NCBI GenBank assembly: GCA_951406725.2
Contig: OX597816.1
Span: 62,868,001-62,932,000, forward strand
Source of the DNA: Octopus vulgaris
Taxonomy: Eukaryota
Length of the DNA: 64,000 nt
Direction: 5' to 3'
The translations under genes were made by a program, and so were the position numbers. Positions 1 to 15,252 of this stretch are shown here, one piece after another (positions within the stretch are counted from its first letter, which is position 1; every line of letters starts with the position of its first letter). The notes below the pieces were generated by a model that did not search any database, was not told where the DNA came from, and saw only the letters and a list, made by a program, of their open reading frames with translations.

Positions 1-244
1 CGCGTGCGCACGTACACACGCGTGCGCACGCACACACATACACACACGAACACACACACAAACACGGGTATATATGTATTGTATTTTCTAGTCTCTTCAC
101 CATTACAACGTTTTATGCTCGCTAGTACTGAGTGTGAACTTATATATTTTCCACATCCCTACTTGTAACATTTTTTTTTCACATTCTACGTTCACTGCGA
201 ACCTTATCACGCTGGAACTTGCAGTGTCCACGTTTCCCTAACGT

Positions 245-550
<306 letters not shown>

Positions 551-1994
551 ATGCGGTCATGTGCGTGAAAATGTCCAAAGCAACTCACCACTGAATTATT
601 CATAAATGTTGCACATGAAATTATTGCATTAATTTGTTTCCAATATAAAGTACTCCATACTTTAAAACCGATTCGATCTCAAATCACTTCAGCCTACATT
701 CATAGATCTGTGCCTTGCATGCATCAACCTTTAATGTGACACTGTTCCTATTACTTTCCGATTGTGTTTAGTAAAGGCAAAGTTTATCATAGCATTTGGT
801 AAATGTGTCTATCATATATGAGATTATAGAAAATTGAATTTCTAAATGATAATTGACTAACATTAGGTGCTAATGCATTTACGAATAATTCTGTAAATCT
901 GTAAATCTCCGCATCTAATTCTCCGATTTTCCGTGATCCGATTTAACACAAACACCTGACACCTGGATAACTTTAGCACTGTCCACTATGTTGCAAGTGT
1001 TCCCTCTGAGGATAACCCGGTACTTTGATTTGTAACAAACCACGTTTCATGCTCTTCAGGATTATTTCTCACATTTTCTCTCTCCGTCTATTTATCTCAC
1101 AGTCTCTCAAAATGTTTACGGTTTTCTTATCTCCCTTTCCTTTTTATATTTTTCACTTGCCCCAGTCACTTGACTGCGGCCATGCTGCAGCACAGCCTTG
1201 AAAATTTAGCTGAACAAATCGAACCCAGTAAGGTATTTTTCAGCTCGGTACCTATGTCATCGGTTTCTATCTTTTTTTTTTGTCAAACTGCTAACCTACA
1301 GGACGTAAACAAACCAACAACGGCTGTCAAGCGGTAGTGGGAGAAAGATACAAGCATGAAAACATACATACATGCATATGCATACACACACACACACACG
1401 TATGTATGTATGCATGTATGTATGTATGTATTTATGTACGCATGTATGTATGTATGTGTGTGAGTTTGTGTATATATATATATATAAAGTACTAGGCTTA
1501 CAAAGAATAAGTCCTGGGATCGATTTGCTCGACTAAAGGCGGTGCTCCAGCATGGCCGTAGTCAAATGACTGAAACCAGTAAAAGAGTAAAAAGAGATCA
1601 AGTCATAACGTACAGACACATATTAATTAATAAACTTCGCAATGATAACTGGCTTTCCATTATTTGTCCATCTGCTACACTTGTATATTTAATTATCTTA
1701 AATTTGCCGGCATTTTTTTTTTATCTCTTTTCTTAGAAAAATTACTTTCATATTACACTTAATTTTCTTTTAAAATATTCTTTTTAGATGTATTTATTGT
1801 TTGTTTGTTTTGTTTTTTGTTTTTTTGTTTTGTTTTTTTTCTGAATATTTATTAAATTATGAAAAATATCAATCACTAAATAAATAATTTAGAAATATGT
1901 ACATATACATTATTTACATAGAATCATGAAATATTCTTTATAAAGATGCGAGTCTGATTAGTAAAATGTTGTTTCAATTTTCGGAGAAGTTGCT

Positions 1995-2345
1995 AAGTCG
2001 ATCAGATTGACCCCAGTAGGCAACTGGTACTTAATTTATCGACCCCGGAAGGATGAAAGGCAAAGTTGACCTCGGCGGAATTTGAACTCAGAAGGTAACG
2101 GCAGACGAAATATCTATTTCTTTACTACCCACAAGGGGCTAACACAGAGAGGACAAACAAGGACAGACAAACAGATTAAGTCGATTACATCGACCTCAGT
2201 GCGAAACTGGTACTTAATTTATCGATCCCGAAAGGTTGAAAGGCAAAGTCTACCTCGGCGGAATTTGAACTCAGAACGTAACGGCAGACGAAATACCGCT
2301 AAGCATTTCGCCCAGCATGCTAACGCTTCAGCCATCTTGCTGCCT
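1995..2345 (-). mobile_element. tRNA-derived SINE family B, partial tandem copies
   Basis: Reverse complement of the 2773-3010 SINE: gaaaggatgaaaggcaaagtcgacctcggcggaatttgaactcagaacg-like block occurs twice. Confidence 0.8.
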
Positions 2346-2772
2346 TTGGTTAGTAAAATAGTGAAGGAAAACATGATACGTAACTACATTATCTAATTAA
2401 TTCGTGTACTAAAGCCGACATTTGTATAAACGCTCACTGATATAACTGTGAGGTTAAGAAGTTTGGTTAACAAATCCTTGGACAAAGTTTAGATCTTAAT
2501 GGATGATTCTCAGAGCAAGAGTCTGTTCCCCAGAATGAGACGACGGGGTAGTTTATGTGATAGTCCCAGATTTCTTCACAGATCTGCTTGTGTAGTTGAT
2601 TTATTCTGAAAGATCGTAAAAGCTTTGATAATCAGCAAAGGCAGAATTTATATTATGCGCCGTATTGGGTTTTCTTAATACGATTTTCAAGTACTCTGTG
2701 GTCCTCTTTAAGACATAGCGCTCAGTAGTTATAAAATTTTAGAATAAAGTTGCTCGTGAGATACCAATGTAT

Positions 2773-3010
2773 GCGGCGAACTGGCAGAAACGTTAGCACG
2801 CCGGGCGAAATGCGTAGCCGTATTTCGTCTGCCATTACATTCTGAGTTCAAATTCCGCCGAGGTCGACTTTGCCTTTCATCTTTTCGGTGTCGATAAATT
2901 AACTACCAGTTACGCACTGGGGTCGATATAATCGACTTAATTCCTCTGTCTGTCCTTGTTTATCCCCACTGTGTGTAGCCCCTTGTGGGCAATAAAGAAA
3001 TAAGAAAGGG
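2773..3010 (+). mobile_element. tRNA-derived SINE family B (central block resembles the Meta-SINE domain)
   Basis: A-box-like tggcagaaacgttagc, B-box gagttcaaattcc, conserved block gcctttcatcttttcggtgtcgataaattaactaccag; many related copies in the window. The Meta-domain assignment is from memory. Confidence 0.8.
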
Positions 3011-3667
3011 ACGATTTGGTAATGCTGTTTGAGCGTTGATTATTTGGTGCGGCTGACTGGACATTGAGCTTGTTTTGGCGACAAGTAACTTTTGGCACTG
3101 GAGGAAAGTACACACTAGCACATGCACACATACACACACGCACATACATGCGCGTGCAGAAATGTACATATACAAACAGAAAGAGTGAGAGGGGGAAATA
3201 GGGAGAGGGAGAGAGCAAGAGAGAGAGAGAGTGCGCGCGAGAGAGAGAGCGAGAAAAACAATAACACGAGAGAAACATTAAAACGAAGGGAACCATTAAA
3301 ACATCTGATGTCAAATAAATCAGCGTCGAATCTGCGGCGCCAAAACGGCTACTCCAAAACGTCCCATAGTTTTGATTCAATTATTGATAAACAAACACCA
3401 TTTGTACCTTGTCATTAATTTTACTATTAGAATATTTATCATGACAGCATTTGGCAATTAAAGCGATAGAAGCGCATCTAAGGGGTCGCTTGATCTGCTG
3501 GAATTAGCAGCTGATTTAACTTACAGCACACTCTATCGCCTTTAAATGATGGCATAAAATGAGAAATGAAGTGTGAGTTTATATCTTACAGAAAGACAGG
3601 ATCAACATCACTAGAATTCTTTTGATCATAGAACTGTCTGGGTATGGCTGGCTCTTGGCTAAAGAAG

Positions 3668-3977
3668 AACTACTACTACTACCACCGCGGCCACTGCTGC
3701 TGGGGTTACTACTACAATCACTACAACTACTACTAATACAACCACAACTGCTGCTGCGACTACTACTACTACTACTACTACTACCACTACCACAGCGGCC
3801 ACTGCTGTTGCGGTTACTACCACAATCACTACAACTACTACTAATACAACCACAACTGCTGCTGCGACTACTACTACTACTACTACTACTACTACCACTA
3901 CCACAGCGGCCACTGCTGTTGCGGTTACTACTACAATCACTACAACTACTACTAATACAACCACAACTGCTGCTGCG

Positions 3978-4009
<32 letters not shown>

Positions 4010-4091
4010 CACTACCACAGCGGCCACTGCTGTTGCGGTTACTACTACAATCACTACAACTACTACTAATACAACCACAACTGCTGCTGCG

Positions 4092-4129
<38 letters not shown>

Positions 4130-4323
4130 CACTACCACAGCGGCCACTGCTGTTGCGGTTACTACTACAATCACTACAACTACTACTAATACAACCACAA
4201 CTGCTGCTGCGACTACTACTACTACTACTACTACTACTACCACTACCACAGCGGCCACTGCTGCTGCGGTTACTACTCCCATCACTACAACTACTACTAA
4301 TACAACCACAACTGCTGCTGCGG

Positions 4324-4375
<52 letters not shown>

Positions 4376-4475
4376 CATTACCACCGCGGCCACTGCTGCT
4401 GCGGTTACTACTACAATCACTACAACTACTTACTACTAATACAACCACAACTGCAGCTGCGACTACTACTACTAC
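3668..4475. repeat. Minisatellite of about 120-bp units (about 6-7 copies) built from CTA/CTG/CCA triplets
   Basis: Unit ...ccacagcggccactgctgttgcggttactactacaatcactacaactactactaatacaaccacaactgctgctgcg(act)n repeats with variable (ACT)n length. Confidence 0.95.
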
Positions 4476-5353
4476 TGTGGGTAATCGATGTCATACCGGT
4501 GTCACAATGCAAATCAGTCCTTTATCTGGTACAGTAATACCTATCTCTGTTGTGTTGTAAAGAAGCTGGCTTAGTAACTACACAGGTTCTGCGTTCGATC
4601 CCAAAGCACTGGCATTTAGAGAACTATGATATGCGATACCCGCATTCTGACCAGTGCCATCTAATTGAAATTTGGCAGACAGAGACTGACCACAACCTTC
4701 TCGTGGACGGATGTGTGTATTTATGTATGTATGTAAGTACGTATGCATGCATGTATGTATGTATGTATGTATGTATGTATGTCAGTATGTATGTATGTAT
4801 GTATGTATGTATGTATGTATGTAGATAGAAAGATAGATAAGTAGATAGATATACTTACACACATTCACACATACAGACATATATATATATAGATGTGTTG
4901 GGGGTGGGGAGTGTTAAAACAATTTATGTCGACGAAGGATGTAAGCATCTTCATGAAAACCGAAAAACAGACAACCCAGTTAATACTTTTTCTGCCATTA
5001 AAACTGCTGTGAACCAATCATTTTGTCTATTGGGAACCTATAACCCCCGACGCTATTGTTCATCACTCGTGATATATAATATCCCACAAATAAATAAATA
5101 AATAGATAAATAAATAAATTATCTTACGATTACAAAGGCGATGCTTATTGATTTGGCCAGCTGTAACTTCGGTTATATAAGAACGTTTGAACGATTTTTA
5201 TTCTGAAATTTTATTATGCATAGCAATGCAATACAAAATTTCACATGAAAGAAGGTGTCACACTTTGATGATAAATATTTTCTTTGAGCTATCTCGTTTT
5301 ATATATATATATATATATGTACGTGTGAATGTTTATGTCCATGTGTGTGCACA

Positions 5354-5389
<36 letters not shown>

Positions 5390-5816
5390 CGCATGCGTGT
5401 ATGTACGTACATATTAGAGAGAAAGAAAGACTACGAGAAAGATATAGAGTGATATAGATAGGTAGAAAAATACAGTGCTGTACAGTCTGTATGAATACGT
5501 GTCTGTATCTACGCGCGCGTGTGTGTATGTAAGTATGTGTGTGTGTGCGCGTGTGTGTGTGTGTGTGTGTGTGAGGAAGAGTGAGAGCGGAAAAATTTAA
5601 TAACGATAGAAAAATAGATTAACGAGTCATACCAATGTACATACGTGTGTGTTTAATTTTTCTGAAAGCGTGCTTGTATATGTGTGTACGTGAATGTGTG
5701 TGTGCGTGTGTGTATGTATACATGTGTGTATGTATGTATGTATGTACGTACGTATGAATTAATGAATAAGTACTTGTGTACAGACAGATAGATAGCAAGC
5801 TAGATAGATAGATAGG

Positions 5817-5874
<58 letters not shown>

Positions 5875-5892
5875 TATTTATTAACCAAATTC

Positions 5893-6306
5893 GTGGCTGT
5901 GTGGTAAGTAGCTTGCTAACCAACCACATGGTTCCGGGTTCAGTCCCACTGCGTGGCATCTTGGGCAAGTGTCTTCTGCTATAGCCCCGGGCCGACCAAT
6001 GCCTTGTGAGTGGATTTGGTAGACGGAAACTGAAAGAAGCCTGTCGTATATATGTATATATATATATATGTGTATGTATGTGTGTTTGTGTGTGTGTCTG
6101 TGTTTGTCTCCCTAGCATTGCTTGACAACCGATGCTGGTGTGTTTACGTCCCCGTCACTTAGCGGTTCGGCAAAAGAGACCGATAGAATAAGTACTGGGC
6201 TTACAAAGAATAAGTCCCGGGGTCGATTTGCTCGACTAAAGGCGGTGCTCCAGCATGGCCGCAGTCAAATGACTGAAACAAGTAAAAGAGTAAAAGTGAG
6301 AGAGTA
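5893..6306 (+). mobile_element. tRNA-derived SINE family A with an internal (TA)n/(TG)n microsatellite, near full length
   Basis: Head gtggctgtgtggtaag...ggttccgggttcagtccc (A/B boxes), internal microsatellite, 3' part ...gcggttcggcaaaagagaccgatagaataagtac...gactgaaacaagtaaaagag; more than 12 copies in the window. Confidence 0.85.
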
Positions 6307-6439
6307 TAACGATTATGAAGTAGCAAAGTTTTGCGCCACAAGTTTTATTTAAAAACACATTTATAAAGTTTTATTACCTTTTTTAATTATTTTCTTATTG
6401 CCTATATATACTTTTTTGATATAGCGAAATATCAGTTTC

Positions 6440-6900
6440 AAATTTGGGTACAAGGCCAGCAATCGACCCTAGTATTCAACTGGTACTTATTTTCTCGATC
6501 CCGAAAGGATGTAAAGCAAGTTGGCCTCGACGGAAAATTCAAGTTAGAGTCTAAAAACGGGCAAAATACCGTTAAACATTTAGCCTGGTGTACTAACGAT
6601 TCTGCCAGCTTGCCGCCTTAATAAAATGAAATATTAAAAATTATATATCGAGTAAGTAATCCGTCCATTATTACTTTGACAAGCACAGTGAAGTTTATAC
6701 TACACTGAAGGAGCTCAAAAAAAAAAATCGGTTTCGAATTTTGGCACAAGGCTAACAAGTTCGGGGAAGGGGGGATAATCGAGTATGTCGATCCCAGTGC
6801 TCAACTAGTAATTAATTACTGGTAAATATTCTATCCGGAGAGGATGGAAGCAAAGTCGACCCCGGCGGAATTCGATCTCAGATCGTGAAGACAAACGAAT
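6440..6900 (-). mobile_element. Two diverged SINE family B copies
   Basis: ctggtacttattttctcgatcccgaaaggatg and gcaaagtcgaccccggcggaattcg match family B on the minus strand. Confidence 0.65.
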
Positions 6901-8946
6901 GAAGTTTGATAATTCCGAAACTTGTTTACCGAAATCTTTAAAATAATATTAGTCATTTAGCAAAATCCTTTTTCTTCACCCCATAATTTTGTAGTTTCAT
7001 TTGGTTATCGTGGATTAGTGAGAAATGGAAGGCGTGGTCCAAGAATCTTTCCAAGGCCTTCGGAACGAATGGAGGACGTTGTACTCAGGTAAGAAAATTG
7101 TCCAGAATATTTTCCACAGAGGGGACTCCTCTAAAGAATAAAACTGTGAATGCAGTGGTATACAGTTACAAAATACCACGTAGACGATGTAGCGGTCAAC
7201 AACCTAACTACCTGGCAATATATTCAAGGTAAAGCTAACATAATAAATAATGATTCTTAGTTTGTGTTGAATGTCTAATGCAGGTCGAGTTCTGTTTTAT
7301 GAGGGTTTTGACAACATGTTCAATTATTCAGTAGACAGGATGTGTTTGGTGAATGCAATATGCTTTATGAGCTGATTTGCTTGCTCTAAGTAGGTGTGGA
7401 ATTTGATTTTCTCTGTGTATAATCGCTGTGAGGTTGTTACGATATAAATAATAAACGAGCATGTTTTAAATATTTGCTATAGTAATATTAGTAATTCTCG
7501 AAACAATCCATAACGCTGGCGGCACTTCTACGAATAATTTCAATTGACGTTCGTTGAAACAAGCCAAAAAGTTTTCTTCTATCGTTATACAATGTCGATG
7601 AGGCCACGGTCACGCTTCTTTTGGTAGAGGTCGTTGGGGTATAATGAACAGGTGTACAACTTAACTTTTGAATTCTGGGAACTAGGAAAAGGTACCGTTG
7701 ATCAATTCTGGACATTTGCCGCTCTTCCTTGCCCCCTTTTGTATATGAGTTTGAATGGGCCTCAAACGGCAGTAGAACAAAGTGAGATTCACTTAAAGCG
7801 TCCAAAACAGATTTTCCCGTGTTGCCACGAGTGAGAAGTCGATGCAACCGAGTGCTTAGTATTAGTTCTATTTCTGCTCAATCTAATTAGAAATAGTTAT
7901 GCAGTGGGCGAAATATAGCATTAACGAATGACTGATGTAATTTTGATTATTGCTGCAAGAGAAACGTCAAGAGAAATGGGAGAAACGTCAAGACAAGTTT
8001 AAGTCTTATTAGACCGCTTCAGTGAAACACAGTCCTCTCAATATTTGCCGAAGTCGTGATGAGACAATCACTAAATAAATATTCAATATCACGTAAGAAA
8101 TGGAGTAGAAAATCTTAGAAGATAAGTTACTTAGACGTTCCGTCCACTGAGAGAAAAATAGTGTTAACATATTTAATACAAATAGCGGTTAAAATATGAC
8201 GAGAAATTTTATACCGGCGTGGTGGAAACAATATTAGGTCAGTCATAAAAATTATTTAATTATGTTTCGCTCCTACTAGCGTATAACATTCTACATCTAC
8301 ATAATACTTCTTTGAACATTCTTGGATAGGGAATTTGAGACCTCTGCTTCCTTGAAGAGAAATCATAAGGCAGAAACATTCCACGATTTATTTTCCATAC
8401 TTGCCAAAGTTATTAAAATAATTAGCTGGCCCTGTGCTGTCAAAAATGACGGCTTATTTTAGTATTCTATATATAAATCTGGATGGTAATTCAAATTAAT
8501 ACACTTGTCGATGTTATCTAGTGGTTGTTTTTTGAGATGTGACATCGATCATCGTTTGTTGCTGAAAGAACGCTGGTCCACACATACTTTCGCCTACTTC
8601 CCTTGTGCACACACATACATACACACATACACTCACACAGAGTTGAAACGCTGTTTGATTTTTCCTTTCAGTGTTGAATGTTCACCAGCCCACTTACATT
8701 GAACAACACACACACACACACACAAACAAACCTCATTTTTGACATACACATATACTCACACAGAGTTGAATTTTTTTCATGCCTTCCATATTCATCTATC
8801 ACCCCTTCCTTTCTCATTCATATGTCGTGACGGAGAGGAAACAGAAGAGCATTATGAAAGTAGATATTAGTCATTCAGCTAAACCTTGATTTTTTCCGCG
8901 CCAGATAAAAATTTTCCAATTAGATTTTTGTACACTCATTATCTGT

Positions 8947-9468
8947 TATATAAAATCCGTTCTGTCTGTCTGTCTGTGTGTCTTCTAGGATCTCGGGCAT
9001 CCTCCATCTGATGCAATCAAATTTGATATGTAGATACCGACGGTATCAGGGCATGTATAAGTCTTTAAAAAATTACAAAAATCGATTTCAGGTGAGAATG
9101 CGATCGATGAAGCCGTGGGAACGTGCATTTGTACGCGCAAGTACATCAGCTGTTGCGATCGATACTACACGTACGCGAGAAAAATACACGTGCAGTTTGC
9201 GCAAAAAAAAAAAAGCCGGCTGGCTTGAAATAATGCCATAAAATGTAGTATATTTAAGAGACCAAAACAGTAAGATGCAAAGGAGATATTTTCTTCAAAC
9301 TTGACATGATAGAAGGAAAAACTATTTGGTTTCTCAAGAAGTTTCTTTTTGGCCTTAACTTCGTTTAACAAAACCAAAAATTTTATTGAAATAAAGGCAT
9401 GCTTAATTATTTTTTATTCAGCAGATATGATTCAGCACCGTCCATTGGACGGGGGGCATTTTGTTCGT
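8947..9468 (+). mobile_element. Non-autonomous Helitron-like element, copy 1
   Basis: 5' tatataaaa followed by (TCTG)n; subterminal hairpin CCGTCCA-T-TGGACGG (9438-9452) about 15 nt before the 3' end; a second copy lies inverted at 16538-17045. Confidence 0.6.
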
Positions 9469-9509
9469 ATTAAATATGTTGAGATGAACTTAGTTATTTC
9501 TCTTCCAGG

Positions 9510-9510
<1 letters not shown>

Positions 9511-9588
<78 letters not shown>

Positions 9589-9617
9589 CAGACAGATAGA
9601 CAGACAGACAGACAGAC

Positions 9618-9689
<72 letters not shown>

Positions 9690-9735
9690 GGATAGATAGA
9701 TAGATAGATAGATAGATAGAGACAGAGAGAGAGAG
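9511..9735. repeat. (GATA)n/(GACA)n microsatellite
   Basis: Directly visible. Confidence 0.95.
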
Positions 9736-10049
9736 AAACAAACACAGAGAATGTGTTCGGGTTTGTGTTGTGCTTTTGTCCTCCACTATCCTGCTTGACA
9801 ACCGGTGTTGGCTGGCTTACATCCCCGTAATTTTCCCCGTAGCTGTTCGGCAAAAGAAGCCAATGTATGTCCGTGGCTCTGCCGCTCCATTCATAGAATA
9901 CATTGGAAGCTTGTATACCTTGACCGTTGATCAAGTATGGTGCATAAAATTTCTGGTCTCCACATACGAAACAATGGTCTCCACATACGAAACAATGGTC
10001 CCCACATAAGAAATATACAAACCAATGAAAATGATTTTGTTGCAATTTG

Positions 10050-10600
10050 CTGAGTTCTTATTGTTGATTTGAAACGCATAGAACAAGCAACAAATATGAA
10101 TATTTTTTGTTAGCGTTCTAAAGAAGCACCTCTTTCGGTCTACTTGTAAAGGATTCCTATAGTTTCCCATTGGCTATAATGTTCAGTCGCTAGTTTCTTA
10201 GATCAGAGCAATAAACTAAAAATCCGTCTTTCTGGAAATGTGGTTCAAATACTTTTCTCTGTTTTGGTACCAACAGAGAATTGTGTCTGACTGAAACATG
10301 TTTTTATCACTTAATCAGAACCTCAAGAACAAATTCAGCATCTCTGGGGAGAGCGATGACTATTAGATCATTAGGTTCATTCTGAGCGATTATCTGTGGC
10401 TCATTGCACCTACAGATTGGACTAACCCTTCCTTGCATTCTGCAACAATTTCTTCCATCGTGTGGTTGTCTACATAATCAAGGACATTATAATGGGAAGT
10501 TATAGATGAGGTCCACATGGGCTATACCCGTTCGCAAATATAAGATAAACGACTTCATTTCAATTCATTTTGTGTTATCTTTTAATTTCGCCTATACAGA
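10050..10600 (-). pseudogene. Heavily decayed LINE RT remnant (RTE-like)
   Basis: Minus-strand peptide GNYRNPLQ..KRCFFRTL resembles the RT domain-1 GNYRxIxLL..K.F..IL motif; frame is broken. Confidence 0.35.
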
Positions 10601-11589
10601 TGTTACTATTAATTTTACTTTCCTTCCTTATTCTCGGAATAGCAAAACAAGAGACTTATTTTTACTGTTCATGTTGTCTCTTAGTTTCTCAGGACAGAGT
10701 GGTCACTGCGAAGAGGATGGTTTTTATTCTGGTCACGAAATGCTGCTCCAAAGCAGCGCAATAACCTTGTTTTGTTTTTTTTTGTTTTGTTTTTGTTGTT
10801 GTTTTTTAAGAAGTAGAACCGTCCATAAATTTAAGCAAAGATACCATAATTTTATCGTTAACAATAAAACAAAACTTTAGTGTATCTCTACAGAAACTGA
10901 AACTTTAATAGCTGAAAATCTCAATTTTAAGAAATATAATATTCTAACATTGTTTTAATAACTGCTTAATGTATATAATTATTTCCATATAGCTTTTACA
11001 CTACCGCTTCGCATATATTTATAATTAAACGAACCAAATAATAAAATGCTGTACTTGGGAAGTAGGATAAACTGCATCTTCAAAAAAATTATTTGTAAAC
11101 GGGAGACAGAGAGATTTCCACTTAATGCGGCGCCCAAAAATATAATAACAAATCACATGGAGTAATCAGAGCAATTTTTCAATGCATATTTGTGCAATTA
11201 TGTCTTTCCTAACAAAAAAATTTCATACAGAATTATATATATTTATACTGAATTATGTATATTTTTTTCTGTGAGTTGCAAAATTTTTGTGAGTAAGAAG
11301 TCAAATACTTAGAAGACAATTATATCGGTAATATTTTCTTTATCAACTTCAGAAAGATAAAAAGAAAGCCTAGTCAGCATCTTAGTGAGATTTTAAATTC
11401 AAGACTGTGTATATATAGGTTGTTGCCTACTTTCTGCACTAATCATGTAACTCTGAAAATTATTATTTCCTTTTTTATACTGCATCTATAATCTTTTAAA
11501 AGCCTTCCAAAACCCTTAAAGATCGTAACGCAAAATCGTCGAAGCAGCAGAATGGAATCAAATTAGAAAGAAAAATTCTATCATTCTGT

Positions 11590-11608
11590 CTGTCTCTATC
11601 TATCTATC

Positions 11609-11670
<62 letters not shown>

Positions 11671-11696
11671 TTATCTACCTACCTACCTACATATCC

Positions 11697-11758
<62 letters not shown>

Positions 11759-11770
11759 TTATCTATCTAC
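11590..11770. repeat. (TATC)n microsatellite
   Basis: Directly visible. Confidence 0.95.
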
Positions 11771-14034
11771 CCATTTATTTAACAGTTTATCTACCCAACT
11801 ATCTATCTGTTCAGCCATCCAGATACCCATTCAGTCATCCATTTATTAATACATCTCCATAATTCACTGAAACAGTCACGTACCTGGCAGCACAACAAAA
11901 CTAAATGAAGCTAATGTAGGAAATTCTTTACAGAATTTCGGATCAGCATCCTTGACAAACTAAGGAATGTGCAACATAAACTATTTTGTGATAAGTAGTT
12001 CTGAAGAATTGCATCCATTAAAACTGATGGAATTGGCGAACGTCATGCCTTCGCTTACATGAAGCTTCAAAATCTTTATCAAGTCAACTGCTCTTTAAAC
12101 TATTTGCCTTTTTATTCTTTGGTTTTTATTTTCTGTTGTGAGTAGTTACATAACTATTATGAAACATTACCGACCAAAATATATGAGAAATTACAGTTTC
12201 GCAACCATCCCAAACATTATCAATCAGATCTATGTCCCATCGTTTCTATCTTTTATCTTTTATAATTTGTTTGCTTCAGTTATTGAACTATGGCCATGCT
12301 GGGGCACCGCCTTAAAGGGTTTAACCTAACAAATCAATCCCCAAAGTTACTTTTTTTAAGTTTGTTTATATTTAACGTCTCATTACGAAAAGTTGTAGCA
12401 AAAAAATCAGCGCTGAACATGATTTCTATAGACCACCTGTAGAAAGAACCTTAACAATATACTACTTGCATTTATTCTGTCAGTTTCTTTTTGACGAACC
12501 GCTACTTTACGGGGTCGTAAATAAACCAATAAAATTGTTAAGCGGTAGGAGGACAAACACAATCACAAACACGCCCATAGACTTATGCAACAGGCTTCTG
12601 CACAGTTTCCGTCCACCAAATTCATTCACAAAGTATTGGTTGACCTGGAGCTATAGTAGAAGACACCTGCTCAAGGGAGCGCAGTGGGACTGAATCCCAA
12701 ACCGGTAGTGGCAAAACGAAGACTTGAGCTGAGTCAGACATAGAAGATAAATCCTGCATTATAGCAGGATCAAATCTGATCCAGATCAAATCTGTCCAGC
12801 AGAATTGTGATTGCAATTCTGGCCATTTCGTCTCGTTCAGGTTATCATGTCATTTTAAAGATGTTATCAGGTGTAAAGCGAAGGATATATGGTATCTTTT
12901 CCCAGCAGGTTTTACAACCGTTTAGATGTTTCTATTGAGGTTCATGCGATGTTTATTTATGTAACAGTTATTTTTAAAGATAAAAAACGCAAGAGCTATA
13001 TCCATGACATCCATGACATCCATAAGCCTTCGTAGACCGGTGAGACCATTGCGGTTAGAGTTTTTCTTCAACATTTGTAATTCGACAGGAGTAAGGAACA
13101 CATATGCGAGAAGGGGCTTTAAGGTGTGTGGATGATAAGCAGATATATGTCTAATAAGGTGACTTTAGTCATCACTTATCAGTTTTTGATGCATTAGAGA
13201 TAAAACCCAGTGATGTTGAGTGTCGATAGCATACAACCGGTGGAACTTCGAGCAGTTAGTTAACTTCATGCTTCGTATGTCCCGGGAGATGGAGAAGGCT
13301 AAGTTGTATAAAAATGTGTGGTAAGCACTCACGATAAAACATTGTTCATATGATGTAATACACATAGAGACTGAAATGATTTAGTAGAGGGTTGGTTTCA
13401 GAGGTGAGATAAAGATAAACGGTGCGTGAAATATCTTTGTGTTTGTCAGAAACGAAATTATTAGACGTAGGGTATCGAGAATTGCGAAATATTTAGTTGC
13501 CACACCTGCGATATTAGTATGGGATGAATGTTAAAGTTGAGAAGAGTTGAGAACGTTGGTGTCATTTAAAACGGTTACATGAGAGAGGAAAGAGAGGAAA
13601 GTAGAGTGAACTACAAAAGCAGAAGAATAGTCGAAGAGTTGTTAATGGTGTTTAGAGGGATTCCACACATTTTCCGTCTACCAAATTCACTCACAAGGCA
13701 TAGGCTGGTCCCAGGATATAGTAGAAGACATTCGCCCAAAGTTCTGCAACGTGGAGCTGAACATGAAATCACGTGGTTATCCATACTTGCCTGGTATTTT
13801 ATCTTATTGACCTTTTATTGACCTAAAAGGATAAAAGGCAAAACCAAGCTCAGAGGAATTTGAACTCAGAGCATAATGTGTTGGAAAAGTGCGGCTAAGC
13901 GTTTTGTCCAAAATGCTAACAATTCCGCCAGCTCCACGCCTTATAACGTCGCCAAAACAACGCAAGGAATTTTTTTTTGGTCAGTCTGTTGTGGATTTCG
14001 AACATGGACAGAAAACTACAAATTTGGCAGTGAA

Positions 14035-14294
14035 TACTCTTTTTATATTTTGACTTGTTTCAGTCAGTAGATTGCAGTCATGATGGGGGCAACTCCTTGA
14101 AAGATTTTAGTCGAATGACTCGATCCAGTACTTTTTAGTCTTTAAGTGTGGCGCCTATTCTATCTGTCCCTTTTCCCGAACCGCTGGATTAGAGGAACGT
14201 AAACACTCCAACACCGGTTGTCAAGTGGTGGTGAGGGAAGACACAGACACAAAGACGCACACATACAAATATATATATATATATACATACATAC

Positions 14295-14326
<32 letters not shown>

Positions 14327-14575
14327 ATATATACATACATACACACACACACACACATACACACACACACACATATATATATATATACGATATACGATAT
14401 ATATATAAATATATATATACGATAGACTTCCTTCGGTTTCCGTCTGCCAAATCCACTCACAAAGCTTTGGTCGGCTCGAGGCTATAGTAGAAGGCACTTG
14501 CCCAATGTGCCACGCAGTGGAACTGAACTATGGACCATGTGGTTATGAAGCAAGCTTCTTACCACAAAGCCACTC
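14035..14575 (-). mobile_element. SINE family A copy
   Basis: Reverse complement of family A head and tail around a TA/CA microsatellite. Confidence 0.8.
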
Positions 14576-15098
14576 CTTATTGACCTCCAAAACATGTCCG
14601 GCAATTTATTTTTATCAACCGCCCCTCGCTCCACCGATCAGTTCTGCCAATCCACATTCGTTGAAAGATAAGCCGTATCAATCTCACGTCCTGAAATATT
14701 TTTAGTTCGTTTCATCTTTGACGCTCCAATATCCTTTCTCCTAACCTACAAATATTCCTCGTCGTAAGAAAACAATTCATAGACTGACCATTAATCTTAT
14801 TGGGAAATGAGCTGTATGTCGTATATATGGTAATTAGCAACGCTCTCCAAATATTCTTTCGGAATATATGTGTGTGTGTGTGTGTGAGAGAGAGTGTGTG
14901 TGTGTATGTGTATATGTGTATGTGAGTGTATGCGTGTACGTGTGTGTGTGTATATGTGTGTATGTGTGTTTGTGCGTGTATTGCATATGTTTATATATAG
15001 ATAGACGTATTGTATATATATATATATATATATGTGTGTGCGTGTGAGTGTGTGTGTGTAAATATATATTGCATATGTATGCTTATACATACATACTT

Positions 15099-15147
<49 letters not shown>

Positions 15148-15164
15148 TGTATATATATATATAT

Positions 15165-15211
<47 letters not shown>

Positions 15212-15221
15212 TATACATATA

Positions 15222-15252
<31 letters not shown>

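Noticed and set aside
1040-1062. Minus-strand CTGAAGA-GCAT-GAAA resembling a hammerhead core
   Set aside because: No stem II can form and there is no valid UH cleavage site or stem I.
6990-7850. Possible host exons (CAG/GTAAG at about 7088; 119-aa minus ORF at 7488-7847)
   Set aside because: No recognisable protein motif or consistent exon chain; needs RNA-seq.
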